Source of the DNA: Treponemataceae bacterium
GTDB taxonomy: Bacteria > Spirochaetota > Spirochaetia > Treponematales > Rectinemataceae
Length of the DNA: 64,000 nt
Direction of reading: 5' to 3'
Assembly: GCA_963678065.2 (NCBI GenBank)
Contig: CAXXVZ010000003.1
Location: 1,376,001 to 1,440,000, forward strand
Shown here piece after piece: positions 46,354 to 56,477 of this stretch. Made by a program: the position numbers and the translations under genes. The notes beneath the pieces are model-generated. The model was not told the DNA's origin. It did no database searches and saw only the letters and a list, made by a program, of their open reading frames with translations. Within the stretch, counting starts at the first letter, position 1. Every line of letters begins with the position of its first letter.

Positions 46354-48099
46354 TCAGTTCGCGTGCGTCTGGTGCGTCCTTCGCGGAATGCAGATCGCTA
46401 CCATCGACATCTTTCCGTTCTCGCTCTGCACTTCCACCGAATGATCCTCGGGATACAGAAGGCGCAAGCGCTGCAGGACGCTGTACGACCCGAATCCGAC
46501 CGCATCGGCGTCGACGCCCGGATCGGCGATCGCGCGCTTCAATCGTTCCAGAGCCCCGGACTCGAAGCCGCGCCCATTGTCGCACACTTCGACCCTGATC
46601 CTGTCGTTCCGGATGCTCGCGTCGACGTCGATCCTGAATCCCACATCGATTCCCGGGCAGAATCCGTGCACCAGAGAATTCTCGACGAGGGGCTGGAGTA
46701 TCATGTTGGGGACAGTGCTTTCCATGAGTGCATCGTCCGCGGTCACGGTGAAAATGACCTCCCGGCCGTAGGTCGAAGCGAAAATCCCGACGTAGCTGCG
46801 GATGTTGGCGATCTCCTCGCGCAGTGATACGAATTTCGTATCGTGTTTCCGGAGGATCGCCCGCAAGTACTCCCCGGCTTCCGTCGCGAGCCTTCCCGCC
46901 TTTTCGTTCTCGCCGAGACAGGAGAGAGCGTCGATCGTGGAGAGGATGTTACAGATGAAGTGGGGACTGACCTGCGATTGCAGGGAGCGGTATTTGATCT
47001 CCAGAAACTCGTACTCGGCCTGGTGCTTCTGATTCTCTTCGCTGACGATTCTCTCCATCGCCTGACCGAGTCTTCCGGTCATCCGATTGAAATGCTCGGC
47101 GAGCAGGCCGATCTCGTCGCGGGCATCCACTTTGATAATGGTGCCAAGTTTTCCGGAACTGACGTCTTCCATGCTGACGATCAGCGTGTTCACATTCCGC
47201 GTGATCGAATTGGAGATGATGACAGCGACGACGATGGCTCCGAGGCCGAGTACGAGGGCCAGGAGGTACACGAGTCGCTTCATCGATTGCCAGACGCGCA
47301 GCATCGAATCCATCGGCTCACAGTTCACGATGAACCATTCGCCGTCGGAACTCGAAAGGCCTGTCACATAGTACGTTTTCCCGCCATGTTCGAAGGGCGA
47401 GCTGATCCTGACTCCGCGCAGATCGAAGGCGATCTTCACCGCGTCTGTCATGGACTCGTCCAGCCCCGCACGGGAACTGACTATCCGCAAGTCGCGGTTG
47501 AGTATCGCCGCGGGCCAGGAGCTGTCACCCTCGCTTCCGAAAATCGAGCGAAGGTAGTCCTCGTCGACGCGGATGGCGATGACCCCGAGGTATTGCAGGG
47601 GGAAGATCTTGAAGATGTCTTTCTTGAGATAGACTCCGCCATCTTTTGCCCTGAGCCAGGCCGTCGGGCTTTCAGTGTCGAAAAAACCTTCGCCGGCCAG
47701 GGTCTCCATTTCGCGGATTTCCTCCTCAGACTGGTCGCGCGAGCCGAAATGGCGCCCGCCCTCCTTGTCGATGACGAGGACATCCCGGATGTAGGGAACC
47801 TCGGCGCACATGGTGCGCAAGATGCCCCGGACGGCGAGATTCTTCGAGGCGACGTCCGCGTTCTGGAGGAGATAGCCGGGAAGGCCTGAATTGGTGTACA
47901 GACGGAAGAGATTGCCGTCCATGTTCTGCGCGAAAAGTTCGAAACCCATGAGAGTCTGTTCGCAGAGTATGCGGTTGGCCTGCGCCTTTTCGGCGACCGT
48001 GTTCTTCTCGCCGACCCAGTCGCTGAAAACGGCGATCGAGACCGAGAGCGCAGCGATGATGAGGATGAACCCGAGAATCATTTTGTTTCGGAGTTTCAT
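46354..48099 (-). CDS. YesM-like sensor histidine kinase (HAMP, His_kinase)
   Basis: Two TM segments, DEIG..FNRM, QVSPHF, QPLVEN..HG and DNGRG. Confidence 0.93.
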   Translation of the reverse strand: MKLRNKMILGFILIIAALSVSIAVFSDWVGEKNTVAEKAQANRILCEQTLMGFELFAQNMDGNLFRLYTNSGLPGYLLQNADVASKNLAVRGILRTMCAEVPYIRDVLVIDKEGGRHFGSRDQSEEEIREMETLAGEGFFDTESPTAWLRAKDGGVYLKKDIFKIFPLQYLGVIAIRVDEDYLRSIFGSEGDSSWPAAILNRDLRIVSSRAGLDESMTDAVKIAFDLRGVRISSPFEHGGKTYYVTGLSSSDGEWFIVNCEPMDSMLRVWQSMKRLVYLLALVLGLGAIVVAVIISNSITRNVNTLIVSMEDVSSGKLGTIIKVDARDEIGLLAEHFNRMTGRLGQAMERIVSEENQKHQAEYEFLEIKYRSLQSQVSPHFICNILSTIDALSCLGENEKAGRLATEAGEYLRAILRKHDTKFVSLREEIANIRSYVGIFASTYGREVIFTVTADDALMESTVPNMILQPLVENSLVHGFCPGIDVGFRIDVDASIRNDRIRVEVCDNGRGFESGALERLKRAIADPGVDADAVGFGSYSVLQRLRLLYPEDHSVEVQSENGKMSMVAICIPRRTHQTHAN

Positions 48100-49682
48100 C
48101 GCCTGTCCCGGACGGTGCTGCGGTAATCCCTCGGAGTGATGCCCTCCCTCCTCGTGAACACGTTGTAGAAGGTCACGTAGTTCTTGTAGCCGACGGCCTC
48201 GGAAATTTCGTTGATCCGGTAGCGAGGATCGAGGAGGAGGTTTTTGGCGAGGGCCATCTTGGCGTCGATCACGCAGTCGGAGTATTTCTTGCCTGTATGT
48301 TTTTTGACGAGGGCACTGACATAGGTGGGACTGACGGTGAAATGCGAGGCGAGGCCCTCCAGGGACAGGCGCTCCGAGGCGTGCAGGTCGATGTACAGGA
48401 GGATATTGTTGGCCAGAAGGGAGGACTTCGGTCCGGAAGGGCAGAGGCTGTCGGATACCTGCCTCACGAAGACCGAGAGAATCCTCTGCGCGAGCGCCAT
48501 GTCCGCGAGCCGCTTCAGCTGCCGCACGGTCTCGTCCACAAAGCCGGATACGTCGACGGAGCCCTCAGCCACCCTCCCCTTTATGAAACGGACACAGAAA
48601 TCGATGAAGTAGAACTTCATGATGAGGGGATCCCTGTTGGTCAGCTGCGCCAGCGAGGCGGAAAATTCCTTGAGGATCGCATCGGTGTCCTCGCGCCGTT
48701 CCCGGAGTTTTTCGCATGTCGCATCGACGAGAAGGGAAATGTCAGCGAAGCTTCTTCCCTTGATGTGGCCGAAACGATTCTCTGCGAAGGAATAGACCAC
48801 CTCATCACGGTCCGGACAGAGTTCCTCAGGGAGATCGAGGACTTCGCAGTACGCGGCGGGTAGATCCGAGTGCGAGTTGTGGAGACGGCTGACGCTGACC
48901 TGCCTGATCCGCATTCCGCAGCAGGTGAGGCATTTTATGGTTTCGACCACGAGGGAGCGCGGGACGCCTTCCTGTTCTTCCCTCAGGAAAAAAAACATGA
49001 TGAGTCGGTTGGAGAGATACAGGCTGACCGTCAGCGCGCTGTCCGACACCCGGCGCTCGGCCAAAAGCGAGGACAGAGCGTTTTCGTCGTAGAGTTCGAA
49101 GGCGTCCGTGGCGATGGCGAAAAACGACGAGAAGACGAGATTTTCCCGCTCCAGGAGAAATCTGATCCGGTCATCGGGCAGCATCAGATTGTTCAGGATG
49201 AGGGTCAGGGCGGCGACCCTCCCTGGCGCGGAAACCAGCAATGGCGTGGCGTTGCGAAGGGCTGTGTCCGGATTGCTCGCTGGATGGGCCAAAGTCGCGC
49301 GCCCGGCCTCGATGAGATGCACCGCCTTCATGACGGTTTCCGTGAGTTTCTTCCTGTCCACCGGTTTCAGCACATAGTCGAAGGCGCCGATCTTGAGTGC
49401 CCTGACGGCGTAGTCGAACTGGTCGTAGGCGCTGATGAAGATGACCTTGGCCTCCGGAAGGATTTCCCGGACCAGCTCGATCATCCTGAGGCCATCCATG
49501 CCAGGCATGTTTATATCGGAAAGGATGATGTCGGGCTTGTTGGCGATGATGGCCTGACGGCCCTGGAGTCCGTCGAAGGCTACCGCGGCGACAGAACAGC
49601 CGAGGAGATCCCAATCGATGGTTTTGGCGAGCATCTCGGCTGCATACCTGTTGTCGTCTATGATCACGACTCTGTACGGCAT
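48096..49682 (-). CDS. YesN-like response regulator (REC + AraC HTH)
   Basis: IIDD, SDINMPGMDG, LKP and C-terminal AraC motif GY...F...G.TP..YR. Confidence 0.93.
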   Translation of the reverse strand: MPYRVVIIDDNRYAAEMLAKTIDWDLLGCSVAAVAFDGLQGRQAIIANKPDIILSDINMPGMDGLRMIELVREILPEAKVIFISAYDQFDYAVRALKIGAFDYVLKPVDRKKLTETVMKAVHLIEAGRATLAHPASNPDTALRNATPLLVSAPGRVAALTLILNNLMLPDDRIRFLLERENLVFSSFFAIATDAFELYDENALSSLLAERRVSDSALTVSLYLSNRLIMFFFLREEQEGVPRSLVVETIKCLTCCGMRIRQVSVSRLHNSHSDLPAAYCEVLDLPEELCPDRDEVVYSFAENRFGHIKGRSFADISLLVDATCEKLRERREDTDAILKEFSASLAQLTNRDPLIMKFYFIDFCVRFIKGRVAEGSVDVSGFVDETVRQLKRLADMALAQRILSVFVRQVSDSLCPSGPKSSLLANNILLYIDLHASERLSLEGLASHFTVSPTYVSALVKKHTGKKYSDCVIDAKMALAKNLLLDPRYRINEISEAVGYKNYVTFYNVFTRREGITPRDYRSTVRDRR

Positions 49683-49710
49683 CGGCGCCACCTTCCAATT
49701 CAAGGACAGA

Positions 49711-50904
49711 TTACCCTGCCGACCCGGCCTTTTCCAGACCTTTGAAGTAATAAATCGAATCGTCCTTCGCCCTGATGTCGGTGAGAGTACCTGAATAGTG
49801 GCGGAGATTCCGGGGCGCGTAGGGCCTCTGCGCTATCTCCTTCTCGTCGAGTTCGATGCCGAATCCGGGTTTGTCCGGGATCATGATGCATCCGTCTTTA
49901 TACACTACTTCCTCGTTGGATACTTTCTGCCTGAAGGAACCGTCGGTGAGCATGATCTCGTGGATGAGGAAGTTCGGGACACAGGCCGCGAGTTGGAGGA
50001 TGGCCATGTTGGATACGGGGCCGCTCGGATTGTGGAAGGAAACCGGGATGTGGCAGGCTTCGGCCATCGCTGCGATCTTCTTCGCCTCCATGATGCCGCC
50101 GGCGTGGAAAACGTCGGGCTGGGCGATATCGATGGCCTTTTTGGAGAGCGCTTCCCAGAAACCGTATTTCGTGAGTATCCGTTCCCCCGCCGCGATGGGC
50201 ACACAGGACTTGTCGCGCACCATCGCGAGGGCGTCCATATTGTCCGGGGGAACGGGCTCCTCCATGAACATGGGCTTGAACTGCGCGAGTTCGCGCGAGA
50301 TCAGGATGGCCGTGGAGGGGTTGAAGCGCCCGTGACATTCGATGAGGAGGTCGACATGGGGGCCGACGGCGTCCCGTACCGCGCCGACGCAGTTCACGGC
50401 TTTCTCCATCTCGCGCGTGGATACGGTCATGTAGGCGGAGCCGAAGGGATCCCACTTCAGCGCGTCGATGCCGAGGGCCGCGGTCGCCACTGCCCTGGCC
50501 GCGAAATCGGCCGGTTCCCTCCCGCCCACGAACCAGGCGTTGGCGTACATCCTGACCCTGTCGCGTATCTTGCCGCCGAGGAGGTTGTAGACGGGAGTGT
50601 TGAAATATTTTCCCGCGATGTCCCACATGGCCATCTCGATCCCGCTCAGGGCGGACAGAAAAATTTCGCCACTCTTCCAGTAGGAATCCCGGTAGACCTC
50701 GAACCACATTTTCTCGGTGTCCAGCGGACTCCGGCCGATGACGAGGCGCTTCAGATCCTCGACGCAGCCTGCGAGCGAGAGCTCCCTCGTTCCGAGCGAA
50801 GCCTCGCCCCAGCCATGGAGGCCCTCGTCGGTCTCGACTTTGATGAAGGTCCAGTTGGTCCTGTAAGCGTCCATGGTGAATGATTTGACATCGGTTATGC
50901 GCAT
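49711..50904 (-). CDS. dgoD: Galactonate dehydratase-like enolase-superfamily enzyme
   Basis: GWGEA, YANAW, KWDP, ECHGR, EEP, GER, QPD and HNPSGP. Confidence 0.75.
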   Translation of the reverse strand: MRITDVKSFTMDAYRTNWTFIKVETDEGLHGWGEASLGTRELSLAGCVEDLKRLVIGRSPLDTEKMWFEVYRDSYWKSGEIFLSALSGIEMAMWDIAGKYFNTPVYNLLGGKIRDRVRMYANAWFVGGREPADFAARAVATAALGIDALKWDPFGSAYMTVSTREMEKAVNCVGAVRDAVGPHVDLLIECHGRFNPSTAILISRELAQFKPMFMEEPVPPDNMDALAMVRDKSCVPIAAGERILTKYGFWEALSKKAIDIAQPDVFHAGGIMEAKKIAAMAEACHIPVSFHNPSGPVSNMAILQLAACVPNFLIHEIMLTDGSFRQKVSNEEVVYKDGCIMIPDKPGFGIELDEKEIAQRPYAPRNLRHYSGTLTDIRAKDDSIYYFKGLEKAGSAG

Positions 50905-50909
50905 TGTCC

Positions 50910-51614
50910 TCACGCTCCTTTTATGGAAGATCGACGCAGGGCTTCGACGTGGAGACGCGCGAGTCCGGCGATCGCTGCAAAATCGCGCCTCAGGACCAGT
51001 TCGGGCTTCAGTACGGTGATGCCGGTCGCGACTGCCGTGATCCCCGCGGCCAGAAATTCCGGGATGGTATCGGGATTCACGCCACCCGTGGCCATGAGGG
51101 GTATGTGGGACAGGGGAGAGCGAATGTTCCTGATGTAGTGGTAGCCCAGGTCGTCTGCCGGGAAAAGCTTCACGATGTCAGCTCCGCAGTCCCAGGCATG
51201 GACGATCTCGGTGGGTGTCATCGCGCCCGGTATGGAGATCATGCCGAGGCGTTTGGTTTCTTCTATTACAGAGGCTTTGGTGTTAGGGGAGATTATGTAT
51301 CCGGCGCCGGCATCCCGAGCAGCCCTCACCTCGTCGAGGTCGAGCACTGTCCCCGCGCCGATCCTCATGCGTGTTCCCATGCGGGCACATATCGACGAGA
51401 TGGCTTTTTTCGTGCGCTCGATCCTGTCCTGTCTGTCCTGGGCGAAGGTCACCTCGAGGAGCAGCACGCCGCCCTCGAAGAGGGCTTCGGCTATCGTCGC
51501 CATGTCCGCAGGTTCTATATTCCGGGCGATGACGACAAAGCGCTCGCGCCGGATGGCTTCCATCGTCGCGTCCCTCGTCGAGCTGGCCGACATACCGGCA
51601 ATCGTTCCGCTCAT
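50910..51614 (-). CDS. KDPG/KDPGal aldolase (Eda/DgoA family)
   Basis: LEVT, GAGTVL, SPN, PGAMTPTE, VKLFP and TGGV. Confidence 0.92.
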   Translation of the reverse strand: MSGTIAGMSASSTRDATMEAIRRERFVVIARNIEPADMATIAEALFEGGVLLLEVTFAQDRQDRIERTKKAISSICARMGTRMRIGAGTVLDLDEVRAARDAGAGYIISPNTKASVIEETKRLGMISIPGAMTPTEIVHAWDCGADIVKLFPADDLGYHYIRNIRSPLSHIPLMATGGVNPDTIPEFLAAGITAVATGITVLKPELVLRRDFAAIAGLARLHVEALRRSSIKGA

Positions 51615-52399
51615 GCGTCCCACTCCTTGTTGTAAGGCAGGAGGCAGATCCCCACGCCCGAGTCGACAGTCAGATCGATGCCTGTCACGGTGCTGGACTG
51701 ATCCGAGGCCAGGAAATACACGGCGTTCGCCACGTCCTCGGGGCTGGATTCCCTGCCGACGGGGTATTGGGCGCGGCGCTTCACGGCTGCCTCCTCGGTC
51801 ATCGCCTCCCAGCGTTCCGACCAGATCGCGCCGGGCACCACGCAGTTCACCCTGACGCCGAACTTTGCCAGTTCGTAGGCCATGCACCTCGTCATCGACA
51901 TGATCCCACCCTTCGCAGCCGAGTACACGATCCGGTTGGGGATCGCGCCTTTGTACTGGACAGAGCCGATGAGGACGATGGCGCCCCGCTTCTGTTCCAC
52001 CATGATCTTCGCGGCCTCCTGGCAGCAGAAGAAGTACCCGCGCAGATTCGCGTGGATGACTTCGTCGAATTCTTCCGGAGTGGTATTGAGAATGTTCTGG
52101 CCGACTCCGAGATGGGCCGCGTTGGGGACAAAGACATCCAGGCGGCCGAAGCGCTCCCGGATTTCTGCGAAGACACGCCGTATGTCGCCCACGTCGGAGG
52201 GTTGAAGCGAATATCCTTCCGCCCTGATTTCCGGGAATTCAGCGGCGATCTTGTGCGCTGCCTCGCTGGCGGCCCCGGGATCCCTGCCGCTCACGCAGAC
52301 ATCGAAGCCCTCGCTGGCGAAGCGTCGGGCTATCGCGAAGCCCAGGTTCCTGGTGGCGCCGGTTATGAATGCCGATTTGCGTTGCAGGGTTTCGTCCAT
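51611..52399 (-). CDS. SDR oxidoreductase (probable aldose dehydrogenase)
   Basis: TGATRNLG, YSAAK and VRVN; pathway context. Confidence 0.85.
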   Translation of the reverse strand: MDETLQRKSAFITGATRNLGFAIARRFASEGFDVCVSGRDPGAASEAAHKIAAEFPEIRAEGYSLQPSDVGDIRRVFAEIRERFGRLDVFVPNAAHLGVGQNILNTTPEEFDEVIHANLRGYFFCCQEAAKIMVEQKRGAIVLIGSVQYKGAIPNRIVYSAAKGGIMSMTRCMAYELAKFGVRVNCVVPGAIWSERWEAMTEEAAVKRRAQYPVGRESSPEDVANAVYFLASDQSSTVTGIDLTVDSGVGICLLPYNKEWDA

Positions 52400-52567
52400 G
52401 CTTGCCCATCCTCCTCGTCGTCCATTCGCAGTATAGGGCATCCCCCGCGCTTGGCAATCGACGAAGAATCAAATGACAAAACGGGTTAATAAAATCGCAA
52501 GGCCCGTACATATTTTTCTCCGGGAAGCGGGCTTATGCTGGGATCATTCTATTGGAGGAGGCTGATC

Positions 52568-53842
52568 ATGGCCAAACGAAGAGCGACTCTCGTCATCGCG
52601 TCTGTGATGATCCTGGCATTCACCGTGCCGGTTTCATCGCAAACAGCCGCGAAAAACATCAGGATCAAGGTCCTGAACTATATCGGGAACGAGGTGCAGG
52701 TGACGGCCTGGAAAAACATTCTGGCCAAGTACACCGAACGCAATCCCGCAGTGACCTTCGACTCGCAGAGCATGAGCCAGACGGAATATATCACCCAGCT
52801 CAGAACCCGCATCGCGTCGGGAGATGCTCCGGACATCATGATGGGGCAGCCTTCTCAGTATCCGGACATCATCGATTCCGGCTATGTCATGGACATCTCG
52901 AACAGCGCCACCCTCGCAAAGCTCAAGCTCTCCAAGGGCGACCTCGGAGACTGCTCGTTCAAGGGAAAGGCCTACGCTTTCCCGATCGACTTCAAGGTCT
53001 CGGGCGTTTTTTACAATAAGGACATTTTCGCCAAATACAGCCTCTCTGTGCCCAAATCCACCAAAGAACTGACGCAGATCTGCGAAATCCTCAAGAAGAA
53101 CGGCGTCGATCCCTGGGTACGCGGCTACGCTTACAACATCTACCCCGACATCGAAGTGCGCTCGATTTTCTGGCCCATGCTCCAGGACAACGGCAAGTAC
53201 GACGCCTTCGAGAAGCTTATGACCGGCAAGGCGAAGTTCTCCGACTACCCCGAGTTCGCGATGGCGATGAAACAGTGGACTGACCGGATGGCGTACAAAC
53301 GGATCGACGATATGTCCAACGAGTACATCAAGGCTCGTCAGATCTTTGTACGCGGCGAAGCGGCGATGCTCTACGAGGGCAGCTGGGCGGTAGGTCAGCT
53401 CTATCAGTTCAATCCCAAAATCAACATGGACATGTTCCCAATGCCCCGGGACGACGGAAAGCCCAACGATTATCCCTATCAGATAGACAAACTCTTCATG
53501 GTCAACGGCAAGAGCAAAAACGTAGCCGAAGTGTTGAAATTCATGGATTTCCTCCTGTCTCCGGAGATCAGCGCCTACTGGGCCGCTGTCACCCTCCAGC
53601 CTTCTGTCGTGCCCGGAGCCATCCAGAAGGAAATACCCGACGTCATCAGGGAAGCGATGAGGGCCAAGGAAGCGAACCAGATCGCGCACGCCGGACTGTG
53701 GACAGCCCAGCTCTACGGCGAGTTCAACAACACCTGGAGGGCACAGCTCCAGGGATACGCCGCCGAGAAGAAATTCGACATTCCGAAGTTCACCGAGAAA
53801 CTCCAGGCCGCCTTCGACGAGATCATCAAGAGCCTGAAGTGA
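52568..53842 (+). CDS. Carbohydrate ABC transporter substrate-binding protein
   Basis: Signal peptide, GDAPDI and FYNKD. GGAGGAGG RBS. Confidence 0.95.
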   Translation: MAKRRATLVIASVMILAFTVPVSSQTAAKNIRIKVLNYIGNEVQVTAWKNILAKYTERNPAVTFDSQSMSQTEYITQLRTRIASGDAPDIMMGQPSQYPDIIDSGYVMDISNSATLAKLKLSKGDLGDCSFKGKAYAFPIDFKVSGVFYNKDIFAKYSLSVPKSTKELTQICEILKKNGVDPWVRGYAYNIYPDIEVRSIFWPMLQDNGKYDAFEKLMTGKAKFSDYPEFAMAMKQWTDRMAYKRIDDMSNEYIKARQIFVRGEAAMLYEGSWAVGQLYQFNPKINMDMFPMPRDDGKPNDYPYQIDKLFMVNGKSKNVAEVLKFMDFLLSPEISAYWAAVTLQPSVVPGAIQKEIPDVIREAMRAKEANQIAHAGLWTAQLYGEFNNTWRAQLQGYAAEKKFDIPKFTEKLQAAFDEIIKSLK

Positions 53843-53921
53843 AAAAAGGGCCGGTTCTTGTCGTCCAGAACCGGTTCTTGTCAGCCGGATGGGCCAGACG
53901 GGCAGGAATAAAGGAATTGCT

Positions 53922-54788
53922 ATGACCACTACCATGAAGGGCAGGATCAGGAAGGGAATCTGGATCCCCGTATTTCTTTTTCCTGCAATGCTGCTCTTCC
54001 TCGCCTGCGTGATCCTTCCCCTGTTTCAGGGAATCCCCTACTCCCTCATGGACTGGAACGGCGTGAGCCCCACCCACCGCTATGTCGGATTGAAAAACTA
54101 CGTGAAGCTGCTCTCCGCCACCGAGCTCTGGAGAGATGTCGCGACCACCTTCCGCTACACCTTCGCCTACATGATAGCTGCCAACGTCCTCGGACTGGCC
54201 ACAGCCCTCCTCTTGCGGAAGGGGTCGCGACTGAACAACCTCTGCCGCACCCTCATCTTCATGCCCTACGTGATCAGCATGATAACGGCGGCCTTCGTGT
54301 GGAAATCCATCTTCAACGAAATCTATTCGCCGCTTTTCCTTGTTCCCAGCCCCCTCGGCGTGCCGGACCAGGCCCTCATGGGCATCGTGGCCATCTCCGT
54401 GTGGAGGGTGTCAGGCTATTGCATGCTCATCTACATCGCCGCGCTGCAGAGCATCCCGGTCGAGTATTACGAGGCTGCCAAGGTTGAGGGCGCTTCCGGA
54501 CTCGCGCAGTTCCTTCACATCACGGCGCCGATGATCGTCCCGGCCTTTTCGACGAATGTTACCCTGCTCCTCGCCTGGGGTTTCAAGGTGTTCGACACGG
54601 TGATGGCGGCGACGGGAGGAGGTCCCGGCAAGGCCACGGAGACCATGTCGATGTACGTGTACAACAACATCTTCGGCTACATGAAGGCGGGATACGGCCA
54701 GGCGGCAGCCATCATGATGACGGTCATCCTCCTTGTCATCTCCATTTTCGTATCCCGATTCTTCAGAACCAGAGTGGTGGAAGCATGA
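53922..54788 (+). CDS. Carbohydrate ABC transporter permease
   Basis: YEAAKVEGA and TGGGPG. Confidence 0.95.
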   Translation: MTTTMKGRIRKGIWIPVFLFPAMLLFLACVILPLFQGIPYSLMDWNGVSPTHRYVGLKNYVKLLSATELWRDVATTFRYTFAYMIAANVLGLATALLLRKGSRLNNLCRTLIFMPYVISMITAAFVWKSIFNEIYSPLFLVPSPLGVPDQALMGIVAISVWRVSGYCMLIYIAALQSIPVEYYEAAKVEGASGLAQFLHITAPMIVPAFSTNVTLLLAWGFKVFDTVMAATGGGPGKATETMSMYVYNNIFGYMKAGYGQAAAIMMTVILLVISIFVSRFFRTRVVEA

Positions 54789-55636
54789 CAAAGAGCATCG
54801 CAACACAGGCAAAAAAGAACCTGCCCGCCATCCTTAAATGTGCCGCGATTGTCGCGGTGACCGTCTGTTTCGTCTTTCCCTTCTATATCAGTCTGGTCTA
54901 TTCCATGAAAACGCCGAGTGATATCGGGAAGAGCTCGCTGGCCCTGCCGACGAAACTGTACTTCGGCAACTATCTGAACGTCATACAGCGGAATGACGCC
55001 TTCCTCACCGGGATGCTGAACTCAATCCTCACGACGGTGCCGATAGTGCTCATGCTCACAATATTCTGCTCTATGGCTGCCTACGTCCTTGCGCGCTGTA
55101 AGGGAAGGGCCTTCAACGCGATCTACTACCTCTTCCTCCTGGGCATTCTCATTCCCTTCCAGTGCATCATGTTTCCCACCTACGTCAATCTGCGCTCGAT
55201 CGGACTCATGAATACGCTTCCGGGCTACATCCTTGTGAGGACGGGCTTCCAGATCGGTATATGCCTCCTCATGATCACCGACTATGTGAAGACAGTCCCG
55301 CGCGAGCTGGAAGACGCCGCGCGCATCGACGGCGCAGACAACTTCCAGACTTTCTGGAAAATCGTATTCCCACTCATGAAGCCGATCAACGTGACAGTGA
55401 TGGTTATCAACGCGGTCTTCGCCTGGAACGATTTCTACGTTTCGGTGACGATACTCCAGTCCACCGAGAAGAGAACCCTGCCCCTGGCCCAGTTCATCTA
55501 CATAAGCGAGGCTGGCGTCGACATCAACACGGCCTTCGCCTTCTTCACGCTCTGCATGATCCCGATCCTGATCATTTACCTGGTTGCGCAGAAATACATC
55601 GTGAACGGCATCATGTCGGGAGCTGTCAAGGGTTGA
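54785..55636 (+). CDS. Carbohydrate ABC transporter permease
   Basis: DAARIDGA, WNDF and GAVKG. Confidence 0.95.
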   Translation: MTKSIATQAKKNLPAILKCAAIVAVTVCFVFPFYISLVYSMKTPSDIGKSSLALPTKLYFGNYLNVIQRNDAFLTGMLNSILTTVPIVLMLTIFCSMAAYVLARCKGRAFNAIYYLFLLGILIPFQCIMFPTYVNLRSIGLMNTLPGYILVRTGFQIGICLLMITDYVKTVPRELEDAARIDGADNFQTFWKIVFPLMKPINVTVMVINAVFAWNDFYVSVTILQSTEKRTLPLAQFIYISEAGVDINTAFAFFTLCMIPILIIYLVAQKYIVNGIMSGAVKG

Positions 55637-55689
55637 ATCGCGATTCCCGCCGAATTCGCTACAAAATCATCGATATCGGAGAATCGTCC

Positions 55690-55720
55690 TTGACTCTCCT
55701 CTTGGGGGAGACCGCAACCT
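55690..55720 (+). promoter_or_regulatory. MerR-type promoter/operator (TTGACT-19-CAACCT with dyad)
   Basis: 19-bp spacer containing the dyad TCTCCTC-TT-GGGGGAGA. Confidence 0.8.
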
Positions 55721-55742
55721 TCGTATCCACCAGGAGGTTCCT

Positions 55743-56477
55743 ATGGACGAAGCAGTACGGATACGCGGCCTTCGCAAGGTCTACGGCGATCTTGTCGCGG
55801 TGGACGACCTCGACCTCTCGATCCCGAAGGGCGAGATTTTCGGGCTTCTCGGCCCGAACGGGGCAGGAAAATCCACCACAATCGAGTGCGCGCTCGGAAC
55901 GAAAAAACGCGACTCGGGCAGCGTCGCGATTCTCGGCCTCGATCCCGAGAAGAATCGCAAAGAGCTCTTCGAGCGGGTGGGCGTCCAGTTTCAGGAGTCG
56001 GCTTACCAGGAAAAAATCAAGGTCGCCGAGCTCTGCGAACTCACAGCCTCCCTCTACAGACGGCCCGCCGATCCTCGCGCCCTCCTCGACCGGTTCGGGC
56101 TTGGAGCCAAGCACGGCGCGGCGGTGACCGAGCTCTCGGGCGGCGAACGGCAGAAGCTCTCGATCGCCCTCGCCCTCATCCCCGATCCCGAACTCATCTT
56201 TCTCGACGAACTCACCACGGGGCTGGATCCCAAGGCCAGGCGCTCGACCTGGGCCGCGATACAAGGACTCAAAGCCGCGGGAGTGACCGTCTTTCTGACC
56301 TCGCACTACATGGAGGAGGTGGAGTACCTGTGCGACCGCATCGCCATCCTCAAAAACGGAAAGATCGCCATCCAGGGGACGCCCGCCGAGCTTGTCGCGC
56401 TCAACAAGACCAAGAACCTCGAAGAGGCCTTTCTCCTTTACATGGAGAAGGACGAGGAAACGGAGGAAATGCGATGA
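55743..56477 (+). CDS. ABC exporter ATP-binding protein
   Basis: GPNGAGKS, LSGGE, LDE and SHYM. Confidence 0.95.
   Translation: MDEAVRIRGLRKVYGDLVAVDDLDLSIPKGEIFGLLGPNGAGKSTTIECALGTKKRDSGSVAILGLDPEKNRKELFERVGVQFQESAYQEKIKVAELCELTASLYRRPADPRALLDRFGLGAKHGAAVTELSGGERQKLSIALALIPDPELIFLDELTTGLDPKARRSTWAAIQGLKAAGVTVFLTSHYMEEVEYLCDRIAILKNGKIAIQGTPAELVALNKTKNLEEAFLLYMEKDEETEEMR

Noticed and set aside
53851..53888. ccggttcttgtc direct repeat and small hairpin after the SBP gene
   Set aside because: Most simply an intercistronic stem-loop, and not found elsewhere in the window.
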